Below, one piece after another: positions 49,223 to 62,005 of a stretch of 64,000 bases of DNA. The position numbers and the translations under genes are program-made. This stretch comes from Botryllus schlosseri (taxonomy: Eukaryota): NCBI GenBank assembly GCA_051294905.1, contig CM119371.1:23810001-23874000 (forward strand), given 5' to 3'. Each line of letters begins with the position of its first letter. Within the stretch, counting starts at the first letter, position 1. A model generated the notes under the pieces. It searched no databases, was not told where the DNA came from, and was given only the letters and a program-made list of their open reading frames with translations.

Positions 49223-50632
49223 GTAAGTTCGCCTAGTGTACAATTTTTAGATCAACGGGTCAAATACTTAAATTCAGAGTAACAAACATGTTCAACTAAA
49301 TCTTTGTTTCTTAATCGGTGTCCGTAGGAACCCGAGGGTACGATGGAGCTGACGATACACACTAGCCCCATACTTATATGGTTACCACCTGTCGACCCTT
49401 AGGAGAATGTGTCCTTTTTTTCAGGATAATGAAAATGCCCTCCGACGACGCCTAAATATCTTCATTTTTGGCAATTAGTCCTCCTTTAGAGCTTTTACAG
49501 CTAGGCTAAAGGACCAGCCTACTGAAAATCGACATAAAAATGGCAAAACAGGTGATGCGGTTCCTGACTCACTAAATGTTAAGAACCAATAGATAAATTG
49601 TTAATTTGTCTTGCACACATGTGCTGATGGAATGGGCATATGATCGTCAGTGGGATTATACATTCCTGTTGACAGCTAGCATTACTGTACTTAAAAAACA
49701 ATGACTATTTTCAAGCATAGCTGCTATATTATTTTAATCTAGTGACTTCCTTGGACTCAGCGACATCCCGGCAATATTATTGTGGCGTTAGCGGTTGATC
49801 ACGGCCTGCCTCATGGATTCACCGTGTCAATTTAGGCCTATGAAAGCTGTACGAGTCGCCTTTTCAGTTTCAAACTAGATCGGGAGTGGCTAAAAGTTTT
49901 GATCAAAGGGCTGCGATGTATGAGAGGTCGCGCGTGTTTCGACTTCGGAAATGTGATTATTATAAAGTGGATATTGCCTACTTGCATTACCCTATATTTT
50001 CAATTGTCAATGTCAATTCACTATGGCGTCACAATTGAATATTCGTGACGTGATAACTTTGAATAAAAAGTAAATAAAACATGTATTTAACAGGGGCCTT
50101 GTTTTAAAAATGTTCGTTTTAAATTGATTTTTGCTTTAAATGCAACCTTCAGTACGGAATTAGGAATACCAGCCACTGGGAACAGCCGACACAATATTAG
50201 AAATATTAAGTCGTTCACGTAATCCAAAGCCAATATTTTCCTGCGGTTTGTGGTATAATTTGAACCCCATATGACATTGGTAGGCAATTGGGAAGTACAT
50301 TAATATCGAAAGTGACATGATTACTTAGGGAGCAGAACATAATGCATTACGGTTTCGAAATTATTGCGTCATTGTGATCTGACATAGCGTTGTCTCCCTA
50401 GCGTGCTGTGCTATTTTTCCACATAGACCTCATGTTTGTATGAAGTAATACTCCATCAAGAAACTACCGAAAATATAAATTCAATGCATGTTCGAAATTT
50501 ATTTCAAATATTTTATCCTTTCACGTTCAACAAGTCCATTCTATGAGTTGAACCCGAAATGAATGACAGGTATTGCGGGAGCAAATATCTGGTTACGAAT
50601 AATCGAAAACGAAACGTTACATTGTCATTAAG

Positions 50633-50800
50633 CTTTCCGATCTGGGGATTTATGATGGAAAGATGACGTCAGATGTCTACTGTGACGTCGCAGCAGTTAT
50701 CGGTATCACGGGGTGCTCGAAAGTGGTTTTCGAAAATTGCGATTTAACGACACAGAAGCTGGGATGTTTCGAAGAAACCTGCAAGAAAAATCAAATATCT
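50633..50800 (+). CDS. 168-nt phase-0 LRR exon (type A)
   Basis: TCATTAAG| LSDLGIYDGKMTSDVYCDVAAVIGITGCSKVVFENCDLTTQKLGCFEETCKKNQIS |GTAAGT. Confidence 0.85.
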
Positions 50801-51074
50801 GTAAGTTGAAAAGTGTGCAGATGGACTTGTTAAGTTGATATTTATTCCTCTTCCGAAGTGTGGACAAGAAAATGGGGAGGATTATTAATAAGGAGATTGC
50901 GTCACAAACATAATAGGCCCCAATTGCGCAATTCGTGAAGCCAATCACATCGCTATATGTATATTGATCATTTATATAGTTCAACCGTTAGCATAATCAA
51001 GAAAAGTATATCGACCTTCAACTACACTGTATTTATAATGCAATCGATTACATAAAATAATTCATATTTCATAG

Positions 51075-51242
51075 CTCTCGATGCTCCACATATGGAATGA
51101 AAAAACGCCAGCTGAATGTTACCGCGGAATCGCAAATACACTCAAGACACTCGGTTGCAAAGAGATCGTGATCGACTCGTGTGAATTGACAAGACGAAAG
51201 ATTTCTGAATTCTACAAAGGATGCGAAGACAACCATCTTTCG
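51075..51242 (+). CDS. 168-nt phase-0 LRR exon (type B)
   Basis: TATTTCATAG| LSMLHIWNEKTPAECYRGIANTLKTLGCKEIVIDSCELTRRKISEFYKGCEDNHLS |GTACCT (weaker donor). Confidence 0.8.
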
Positions 51243-51280
51243 GTACCTTAATTTAATGTAGCCAAAACTAATGTGATACT

Positions 51281-51784
51281 GGGCTGGGCACAATGATTCG
51301 AGTACTCGAATCTGATTCGAGTATTAATTTTAATGATTCGAGTAGAGTAGTAAAATACGATTTTTGGAGTACTGAATTTATACGCTCCACGCAACTGAAA
51401 GTTAATTCACTAACAAGAATTATGTTTTAATGCTATTTCCCCCGAGGAAGTCTTGAAACCTTGATTGGCCGTGTCGCAGCATACAAGACATAGTACAAAG
51501 CTACGAACGTTACCGGAAATAACAGATTTCCGAAGTCATGATCATCCCACGACATTGTCAAGAGTTGCAATGAAATCGGCATGGTTGAAAAATACAAAAG
51601 TATCTTTAATGTGACGGATAGCAGGCATTATATTCTTTGTGGTGGCATAAAAGGTACATATTTTACCTTTGACGTAGTACATTCTGGTATGACGTCATAA
51701 TGAGTTATACTCGAATACTCGACTCGAAGCGTAATACGTGATTCAGAATCGAATCACTCAGGTACTCGATTTTGCCCAGCCCTA
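51281..51784. mobile_element. hAT MITE with GATTCGAGTA repeats
   Basis: GGGCTGGGCA / TGCCCAGCCCTA ends; TSD not clear. Confidence 0.7.
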
Positions 51785-52479
51785 ATCAGCAACCTCAAAA
51801 ACATCAGAAACGGCTCTTAGATGTTATGCCAAAAATAAAAATAAATTCATTTTCTTGACCAGTGTTATAAATTGAGAAAAGATGTATACTGAAATTAATT
51901 CTCTTTTGAGCAAACCAATCAATCCTTTTTTCCATTCTTACCATGGCTGAAGCCCCATCAATAACACTGTGCTGCGTTAATTTTGAGGTTACTCAAGTAA
52001 TGATGGTTCTCAGTGTACTTTTTGATGCTGAATCCAAAACTGTTATCCGTTTTCTTCAATCAGGTCTAGATTTTTGGAAAATTGCATTTGAATTTTCGAA
52101 AACTGAAAAAGCTTTATCAATGATGTTTTGATTAAAACCATTCCTTATAGCAGTGGTTGTCAAAGTGGGGGGGGGGGGTGAAAGTATCTGAAGGGGGCGT
52201 GAAGTTGCTGTTACCTGAAAACATTTTCGCGCTTTGTGCGATTTATATCCGGCTCTTGGTATTTCCATTGTCTATTGTCCGAATTTGATACTTGAGAATT
52301 CTCTCATCAATAGCCATAACCTTCAATGCCATCAAACTATCCGTTGGGATTGCTAGCAATCAGATTTGTATCTTTATTGTTTCGTAGTATCACGAGAAGG
52401 GGCGCGAAATTCTTCACTTTCAAAAAGGGGTGTATCGGAAAAAGTTTGAGAACCCCTGCCCTATAGTATACTGTGAAGC

Positions 52480-52875
52480 AATTTCAGGATTAATATCAGC
52501 TTTTGGCATAGGCCACATATCTGTGAACTGGTCAAAGAAGAAGGTTACACAGCATACATCGGTGGAGTAGAAAAATGACCATGGGTAGCTTTTCGATCAG
52601 TCATTTTATAATTCCCCTGAAAGCATAGAAGCCCTGATTATGAAGCACAGGTAACAGACTGCTTGAAAGCTTTCAATTCCTTGTAGCCCTGATGTATGTG
52701 AAAATGCCCTTCATGACTTCTCATTGGGATTACTTCCCAGTCAACTTTGGTGATTGTAGCGAACAACAACGAGGAGATAGATTCCACCAAGACCTTCGCA
52801 AGATGGAAGAAGGTTATCAAGGATAAAGCGACGTAAACCTGTTTGCAGATAACAGTTGGTGCTTAAAGAGAGATC
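52480..52875 (+). pseudogene. Chapaev3 (CMC) transposase C-terminal fragment, decayed
   Basis: KMPFMTSHWDYFPVNFGDCSEQQRGDRFHQDLRKMEEGYQG*...ADNSWCLKRD matches the HSHLDFFPENLG..SDE.GERFHQD...E.RYQG motif. Confidence 0.78.
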
Positions 52876-55516
52876 CCCACATAACTCCAATCATGGAAGA
52901 GAATATTCGAAGCGCAATTTATATTCAGCATAAATGATTTGTATCTTATATTATTATTGTATTTATCGTCGGAATATCAGTATAAGTTTCTTATATCATC
53001 TGGTTCCGCACAACACTTTCTCTGTTAAGCTATTTTGAACACTTCGTTTTCATTTCACACTTTACACATGGATATTGGCAAGGATTTCGCATTTCAAACG
53101 CATCTGTGATGTAAGTGTTTACGTATCTATAGTGTAACATATTAACTACTACCTTCTTCTGTTAGGTTGAGCGCCATTGAACAAAATTATGATTTCTTGG
53201 TTAGCTGTAAGTGCCTTTATTTCAAATTTTTTGTTATCTTTAGTAGTATTAAATACGGCTGTCATTTCGATACCTTGAATTCAAATAAAAATAGCATCTT
53301 GCCAAAATTGACAACATGCATGACCAATCAATCCACCACAGAAATTGGTTTCTTTATTAAGAATATTGACCAGAAGCTAGCATAATTGAATATGCCGCGG
53401 AGAAAAAACTGCACCTGATTGAGAAAAACTGGTTGTATTTTTTTGGTATAGTGCAAATAATTGATTCAAAAAAGGTCGAAACATCTTGCACTTTTGAAAA
53501 TTAATTTTCAATCGCAGCACAGTGTAATTGCAGAAGTCATCTTAGTCGATAAAAGCTCGTCATTGCAGGACAACTATCCCCTTTCTGCGTTTGCCCAGCC
53601 AACATTCACTCTGCAAATGTGTCCATTCTGAGAAAATGCACCCAGATTATTAACAATGCAATGTCCGTGGAGACGGTGGATTCTTCCTATGCTGGGCTAA
53701 GGAAGCCTAAGCGGCAACTTATTTCAGAAACTGCGACAAAAGATGGACTGACATTGCTATTTCTCATTTGGACACTGTTAAATCAGACTGTGGCTTCAAG
53801 ATTGGCCAGGTCATGTTGTCGTTGTTGCTAAATTCCGGAAACATGGAATTCGCACGTTATATGCTGAAGTTCTCTCAAAACCTATTCCCCCGAGCTGACT
53901 TCTTGGCATTACCAATATTCCAAGCAATTTTTAGCTTTGCCTCTGTGACATTGTCGGTAATTTTAACAACACCTCGAAATATGGATTGGAGGGGTTGACA
54001 CTTAGCAAGCAACGATTTATTCTGAAGAAGAGGTGGATATGTATTTTTGAACTCTAGATGACACTGTCAATGATGTCGTTTCATAGTTCCTCGCTTTGTT
54101 TAGACAGCTGTTCTTCGACAAATAAGACACATCGGATTTCCATTCATCTCTGCGAAAGCTAACTTATTGTTCCACACTGAGTTGAAAACTAAGTTTTGGT
54201 GGTTTAATTTCCTTTTCGCGATCCGTTCAAGTCAGTGTCGGTTACTGTAAGCCTCTTTAAAAATGTACTGTCCAGAGCGATTGTCTTAAACCGGAGCCCC
54301 AACGAATACCGATTATTAAAAAGGTACCAATTTCAACTCGAGTATATCAAGAAACCAGAATGAGTCATCAGAGACGGTGCGATAAGAGTGTAAGTAGCTA
54401 AATTATTATCCAACGAGACTAAATCAGTAGTAATCGATTTCATAATCGTACATGGTGCGTTCCGCAAAATGAGCGTCTGCGGGCCGCGTGTTGAGAACCC
54501 AGGATCAAGTATTATCCATGCGCTCAAAGAGTCGGTTAGATCAGAGACTCCCCTGGGGACATTGATGAGCGTGTAACCAATAAACAATTTACAGACCAAA
54601 GATGTAGAAAAACTGAGTTGATTTGGTAGATATCAGAGCTCGGCGGGTAGTTGAAAGGGGGATTTTGTGTCGACTCAATTCAATGTCTTTTCCATGTATT
54701 TTAATAATGTAAATATTACGCAGATACTAGGCTACAACGTTTTTTCATCAGCCCGTGGGATGTACATCCGCTGGTTAAAAGACCACCCTGACACACTCCT
54801 TCCTGCTTCACCTATTTAGACATACCTGATCATATAATAGCATGCCGTCACATATGCAATGGTATCCACTACCCATTACAATGTATTATATAAAGATCAT
54901 AACACAGGTAATAACATGAAATGAGTTGGAGAAGCGAAAACAAATTAGAATTGACATTATTGAAAAAGCCAAGATAACTAACAATACAATAAAACGAGGA
55001 TTAAGAAACATAACTGAGCGGATAATATGTCTCTGCAATGAGTAATAAAATTGCTTTCAAGTGTAGGCAGATACAAAATATTACACTTAGTATGACAAAA
55101 ATGCAGCTTACGATGAAAAAAAAACGATACATATTAGCAGGCCGTGTTATTTTTGGCATTTCACGAACCAGATGCCAAAACTGCCAAAAATAAAAATTTG
55201 AAAATACCAAAAATAACACAATAGTGTATTTCGTTCATGGTGTTGTCTCAACAGGGCCGCGTTACAAGCGAGAAAAGCGTGTGTACAGGGCAGGTTTCTT
55301 AATCTGGGGTCCAGTCCACCAATTAGGGGTGGAAGCTTAGTGTTCTGAATGGTGTGGGCACGGCGGGATTGAGCGGCTCACTGCAGTTGGTTTGCGTCGT
55401 GCTTTCCATTTTTTCGGAGACAGTTTTATGGCCGGCTTGCCGAGTGCTTAATTTGATGGGACGGGTATCAATGGAGAGCTGCTGCTGTGCTTAGTGCGAA
55501 AATGTGAGTTGTATTC

Positions 55517-55718
55517 TGCTCGTGGATCTGGAGCCCCAGAAATCAGCCGCAGGTTCCGCATTGCGACCGAGTTTGGCATGGTGACGCAACAAACTGAATG
55601 GCTCTTTCTCCTGAGCTGCGGTCTCGTTTCGCCAGACAGTCTTGTTGCGTCACAATGTCGGATTCGGTCAAAATGCGGAGTCTGAGGCTGATTTTAGGGG
55701 GTTCCAGGTCCGTGAGCA
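55517..55718 (+). other. Long imperfect hairpin (~85-bp stem, 28-nt loop) upstream of the transposase
   Basis: 55517-55602 pairs with 55631-55718; most non-Watson-Crick positions are G-U on the + strand. Confidence 0.75.
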
Positions 55719-56294
55719 TTGTACGGTTTGTGTTTTCGCGGTCAGTGCAGCGGTAGCTTCCCATTGATACCCATTTTTGTCGAGTTCAGCGCTCGGCAGG
55801 CCGGTCAAGAACGGTCTTTGGATGGATGGAAGGCGTGACGTGGGGCAGGTGCGGTGAGCCGTACAATCTCGCCGTGTCCACACCATTTATGACACTATTG
55901 TGAAAGCATATGAAGTTTTGGGCAGTGAGTGGGCATAAAGAAAGCATGTCAGCTCTCATCTGAACGCCTTGAAGTCCAGAGTCTAACGAGCTACCGGTAC
56001 TCAGATATTAAAGAATGCGCTGTACAGTTAGTTTATCGATGAATGGCCGTCAATAATGGCTTTACTACATATTAGCAACTGGATGAGTTTCTTTATGGAA
56101 CGGCAGATTAACGGCACGTATTTTCATTCAAGCAAGCGGGTGAATAGTGTAAGGGGGAAAAAGTGTGTGAGAAATACTGTTTGTGCAAAACTATGTAGGG
56201 AGATTGATTTAGATTGATATAAATTTTTTAATTATGGAATTGTGATTTTTCCCCCTACAGTTACTCAGCTAAGATTGCAGCTTTTGTGTTCTCA

Positions 56295-58383
56295 ATGCCA
56301 CGAGGGACTCCCTTTCAACTCAAACATGAAATTGAGTTTGGACTGAAAGTCTGTGAACGTCGATCAGATTCTGCAGCAGTGCAGTCAGTCAAATGTCAGT
56401 TCTGTGTATTCATGGGAAAGGAAGAGAAGTTCGGAGCCAAGCGTACCAGGACTCAGCAGCCGAAATACTTTAGACCGCCTTTTCGTCCAGAACTTTTTAG
56501 ATCTCACTTGACTGGACAGCATCCGAAACAATGGGTTAAATATTCTCAGCTTAGTGACGAGAAGAAAAAAAGATTTTTCGATGGTACTGTTGATATCAAC
56601 AACACAATGAGAGGGTATTTCAACACTGAAGCAGCATTCAAGGTAAAACTTAAGAAGTCCATCGTTCAAACGTTAATCGGAGATCTTTTCTTTGACGAGG
56701 ATGACGATGATGAAGCGAAGGAGAGATCTCTTGATATCTTCAAAGAAATAGAGGGAGATAATGAAAATCTTATTGTGTGCGTGAACTCAACGAAGTTGCT
56801 TCGGCTTGTAACTGAATTCCTTGCGCACGGCGCTTCGTTTCGCATGACAGCAAATCTGGTGGAATCAACGAGAAATGAAACTGGGTTGGGGTGTTATTCT
56901 GGGTGTACCGCTTATAAATGTATTAACATTTCACGTGTAATATGTGCTGCGAATTTTCAGCGACTTTTCGAAGTTCTTACCGAGGTTTGGGCTTTCTCCG
57001 TTGCAATGGACTGCGGAAACAAGAGCGGAACAAACTATTTGGATCTTTGTGTGCGATTCTATTGGTAGGGAAATTTGCAAAATTTCCATGTTGCGGCTGT
57101 GCCGATCCCGGGGAAAAAGGGAGCACAGCAACTATTCAAGTTATCTGTGCAAGTTCTGGATGTCCTTGCTCCAAACTGGAGAAACTCATTGATTGCTTTC
57201 TCCAGCGATGGTGAGCCAACAATGACCGGTAACGTTTCGGGCGTCGGTAAGAGGTTTGAACAAGCAGCTAATCACGATATCATCAGGGTTTGGTGTGGCT
57301 TGCATCAAGTCGATCTGGTGATGCAATCTCAATATAAAAAGCTTCTCAACGAAGCATTCATCAGCGATATGTGTGCCTTGATTGGATACCTCAGACGTCA
57401 ACAAAATCTTATCAAGGAAATGAAGACCACATGCCCCCGTTTTGTTGATACAAGGTGGGCCTCGATGAAGCGAGTTAGCAGTTGGTTTGAAGAGAATCGT
57501 GTTCGGGTGTTGGAATTTTTGGCGGAAAAAAATCCCGCCTGTTGTCCATCGAAGATCTGGTGGGTCGTTCTTCTATCTCTTGATCGTGTTGCAGGAATTG
57601 TTCAAAACACGGTGACAAAGCTACAAGGAAAATTGATCCTGGCTGAACAACAGCACTTTTACATCAAGGATCTCATTGGAAAGCTACATCAATTGTGTCC
57701 AGTGTCGCCAGTCACAGATGAGACTCTTCCCACGGAAGAAGAGAGGGTGAATGAGGGGTTCAAGGTCTCTTTTGAAAACATCAGAAGCTTCCTGGAGGAT
57801 TTAGGTCTTACAGTTCAGGAATTAGTTGAACAACTTTCGGAAGAGGAGAAATTCGATGTTGAATTAACCCTGGCGGACTTGTTCATTGGTTTGGCTGGCG
57901 GATTGGAAAAAACACTTCATAATGTTGAGCTGGAAAGAAAATCCAATCTTCTTAAACAAGGTAACCTTCCCCGGACACTTCCACGTGAGTTGGTAAGCTG
58001 AAGTGACAAAAGTCCTCCGAAATTATATCGGTAGACTGAAGCAGATGGGGTGGTCTGGCTATAAAATAGAATGTGTTGAAAGGCAACACAGGAACCTCCT
58101 GGAGAAGTATCGGGAAGAAAATTCCTTCCGCGATGAGATCGATGGCACTAGCGAAGTGACCTCTTTTCAAGATGCTTGGAAACCGGTTCAGCCCTCCGAA
58201 GATTTTGAAGCTCTCAAAACCTTTTGTGGAGGACTGGCCACAGTTTTTCCCTCAACGGCTACTGTTGAAGCAGACTTTTCCCAGATTCGTTGGGAGAAAA
58301 ATGAATTCAGGAGAAACTTGACTGACCTGAGTTTGGAAGCACTGTTACAGTGCAAACAATTTAAGAGTATTCAACAGCTATAA
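56295..58383 (+). pseudogene. hAT transposase, nearly intact (in-frame TAG at 57066-57068, stop and frameshift near 58000)
   Basis: CQFC...H...H zinc finger, VAMD, SSDG, WCGLHQ, DTRW, ATVEADFS catalytic and dimer motifs across three ORFs; splice acceptor CCCCCTACAG at 56260 just upstream of the ATG. Confidence 0.88.
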
Positions 58384-60583
58384 TAACCTGGTGTTGAGTG
58401 TGTTCGTTAGGCTTTCTTTCTTTTTTGCTGATTAGTACCAATTCCGAGTTGATACTGCACATTTTGTGGATTCGTTTCATATTATTAAACTATGAAATCG
58501 CTAATTTTTTTTATTTTTCTTCTTGTTTTTTGGCACTGATTATAAGTGGATGCTGCATATTTTGTGGTTTCTTTTAATAAACTGGCCCAAATAAAGCGTG
58601 TTTATGACTAATTCGAGTCTGAAACGATTTATTTAGGACGATGCCAAAACTGCCAAAAATAAAAACTGAAAAGTGCCAAAAATAAGTTATTTTTGGCAGT
58701 TTTGGCATATGCCAAAAATAACACGGCCTGCATATTAGGATACAGCACATGAAAAGTTGACTATATAGTCCATAGACCGAACCAAGAGCACCCAAATATC
58801 AACATATTACGGAAGTAGATACCGAGGTCAGCAGATTGCATGGATTCAGGGACAGAAAGGTTTATGTAACAGTTATGGCGCAGTGCGCAAGGATTATGTT
58901 GCAGAGATATATAATCAAGTCTAGAAAGTGGAACGATACTCTGCCTGGAAAGCTGAAGACCTAACAATATTGTGTACAGAGAACAAAACACTTGAGTGGC
59001 TGCACTGGTATAGACATTAACAAATTATTAGAATTGACAGCATGATAACCAACAAAACATTAAAATGAGAATTAGTGCAGTTTCTTAGGCTGTAGTGATA
59101 CTCTGCCAGTCTTACTAGAAGCAGAATAACTATCATGAGGGGTTAGAGAACAGAAGCCCGGGAAGTGACCATCAGAAATTACTGCATACTGACAAATCCC
59201 TGGCCACTAACAAATGGTCTTTTAATAGACAATATTGATACCAAATGACACCACCCCTATTTCACCGCAACATTTAGCAAATATAGCGCTGGAGTCAACC
59301 TTATATAAGCGCTAACCAAACGCCTTATTAGTTTTCCCACGTACTACTTAGCGCTTCGCGGATGGAAATAAGCATTAAAGCGAACGGACGCGACTTGTCA
59401 CACTCTTGCTATTTCTGCTCCTTATTTCTTTTCGTTCCTCTTCTCTGTCGCTTCCTCTTGAGGAGAGAAACAGTCGGACGCGTTTACGGATCGTGAATTC
59501 CCGGCTCTAGGGTGATGCTTCGTCCAATGGTCAGCACCTTGAAAATTGAGAACAATGTTGTTGCAAAATGCATGACAATTTGAAAGTTACATCATTCTAA
59601 TTATTCCAGTTATGGCCGTGAATCGTGTGTGAAGAGTGCGGTAACCATAAGAATTATTAACATACTTCAACTACAAATACAATATATTGTATAAAATTAT
59701 TAACAATTCTTTTACGTTGATCAAATTCCAAAGAGATGAAATATGTCAAATAATTTGCTAAAAAATTTTGTATAATTTGACAGATTCCGAAATCTTCTCA
59801 AAGTGCAACTATCAAAAATTTAATTCAAGACTCCCAACATTTTACATTTCGAAGTTGGCTGGCTTTACCAATACAAGCGAACAGTTTGTATCGCAATTGA
59901 CAATTATGCAGAGAACGCTGCGAGACATGTGAGTAGGCCTACCCTAAAACGTTTCTCTGACATGGACATTAGGGCTCTTGATAAAATTGTTCGGTTACCT
60001 AATTTAAACCTACACACCAAATTTGGTTCAATTCCAACCAGTAGCCGCATTGCTACAGGAGAAGAAAGTTTCTATTTATTATTTAAAAATAAATAGAAGA
60101 AATTTGAAAATTTTCCGTTCACCCATGAAAGTGTTACGTTATGTATAGAAACGATATTCATCAAATTTGGTTCGATTCAAACAAGTGAAAGCGGAGTTAT
60201 TGCCATCGAAAAATTTGGATTTGAATAAAATAGTATTTACGGTGGGCATCACTAAAATTAAATAATTAAAGAATTGTGTCACGCTGTCATACTGTTTTAC
60301 GCAACCTTTGTTATACACCGCATTGTTGCTGTGTTCTGGCTCCATTGATGTTATTTCTAAATTCGACATTAATGCGTCATAATTATCCATCTGGTTTTGA
60401 ATTCAACTCTGTTTTGCCTCCTTTATCGTGCCAGTAGCTCTTGATAATTGGCACGCGAAAAGTTCTTCGGCTTTCAATAACGTTTATCATGAAGGTACTT
60501 TTGAAAGCAGTATTAAAATTTTGTACCACCAACCAGTTATTCAATTACTATTTATCTTCAAAGTAAATGCTCATTGCATGAAG

Positions 60584-61083
60584 CAGGGTTGTAATGACTC
60601 GAGTCACGATTTTCTCTTGACTCGACTTGACTCGGGTTATCATCTCAAAGTACGGAAATGACTCGATTCATTGCGCATGACTTGAGACTCAGACGGCCAA
60701 GACCGACATTTCATGGTTATTTCAAATAATAGTACAGTAAACCGCTATTGGGATTTCGTCTATTGATACTGGTATTTGAAAATGCGACCAGAAACTGCTT
60801 AAAGTAGGGAAAATTAGTATACATTATTATAAATGCGACCCACTCGAAATCACAAAAAAAAACATAAAAAGTTGGTTTAACAAGACATAAATTGGAAACT
60901 GAGCAGCTAACACAATGACGTAGACTCTGACTCGAGTCATAATACCATAACTCGAACTCGGCCCTCTGCTCGCTGACTTGGACTCGGACTTGACTCGGTG
61001 GTGAATTGAAAATGACTCGAGTCAAAACTATAAAAGTGAGATTAACTTGCGACTCGGAGCCTTGTGACTTGGTTATAACCCTG
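60584..61083. mobile_element. hAT MITE with GACTCGAGTC repeats (H-related)
   Basis: CAGGGTTGTAA / TTATAACCCTG; TSD GCATGAAG. Confidence 0.87.
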
Positions 61084-61799
61084 GCATGAAGCCTCAATAG
61101 TTATATGAGTGGGGTGACTAGACAGAGAACACAGTCACATTTGCAGCATATCATGAATGTCTCTTACTATGTGATCTTGTTCAAATGGAGGTTGATGAAA
61201 GCGTATTTCCCATTCTTTCCGACTCTGCTATAATTACACCAGACTGGCAACCTTCTTCATGATGCTTCTTGCTGACCGACCAACATTGTCGCCGCCAACG
61301 GTACTGAGTGCAAATGTCTGATATGTCAATATAGGAACAGAATTAGTTGATGGTTCATGACCGTCCACGTTCAGACTTGCATCTCAAAGATGCTAAAATA
61401 AGCCCAAATATAATCCAAGCAATACGATCGTCCACTTTGACTGACTCAATTTCTAAAAATAATAAACGTAACACCTTGATAGCTTCCACATCTTACGTTT
61501 ATATATACCGTCTGGTATCGGCACAACAAAGTATTTAAAAATAACAAAACAGATTCAACATACCACATCTCTTGCAAAAGCTTTTGCTTTCATTCAATTT
61601 GTCATCAAACTTCTTTAAATCCTACTTTGTAGTGAGTGGCTTTGGAATTCTTCTAGGAACAATTCCGATATCGTTTTATCATATACAATCTATGGCGGAA
61701 TAAAAGTTTCGAATAAGTTCTAAAACGAACACAATTTTCCACACAAAAGTCAATTGCCACACGAAATGCCAAATGCTACGGTCCCATTTAACAAGGTAT

Positions 61800-61990
61800 G
61801 GCGAGGTAACGTAGCGGTACGTTCCATAATAGCTAAACATCAATGAATTGCGGGTTCGTGCCTGACACGTCGACTCCATAATTCCTACCAAAGTGTTGGC
61901 CGTTTATCTAGGCTCCTCCTCGCCATCTGATCCGCATAGCCATGTCTTAAAAAGCCTAGAAGTGGGCCGTGATAAAAGTGGGCAGATGGT
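61800..61990 (+). mobile_element. tRNA-derived SINE, diverged copy
   Basis: GCGGGTTCG B-box remnant and CTAGGCTCCTCCTCG...AAAAGCCTAG body shared with 29625. Confidence 0.65.
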
Positions 61991-62005
61991 TGCTGATGAA
62001 CTCTG

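Larger units (their letters stand above)
55138..58730 (+). mobile_element. Full-length 3.6-kb hAT transposon
   Basis: 22-bp perfect TIR CAGGCCGTGTTATTTTTGGCAT, TGCCAAAA subterminal repeats, TSD CATATTAG. Confidence 0.92.
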
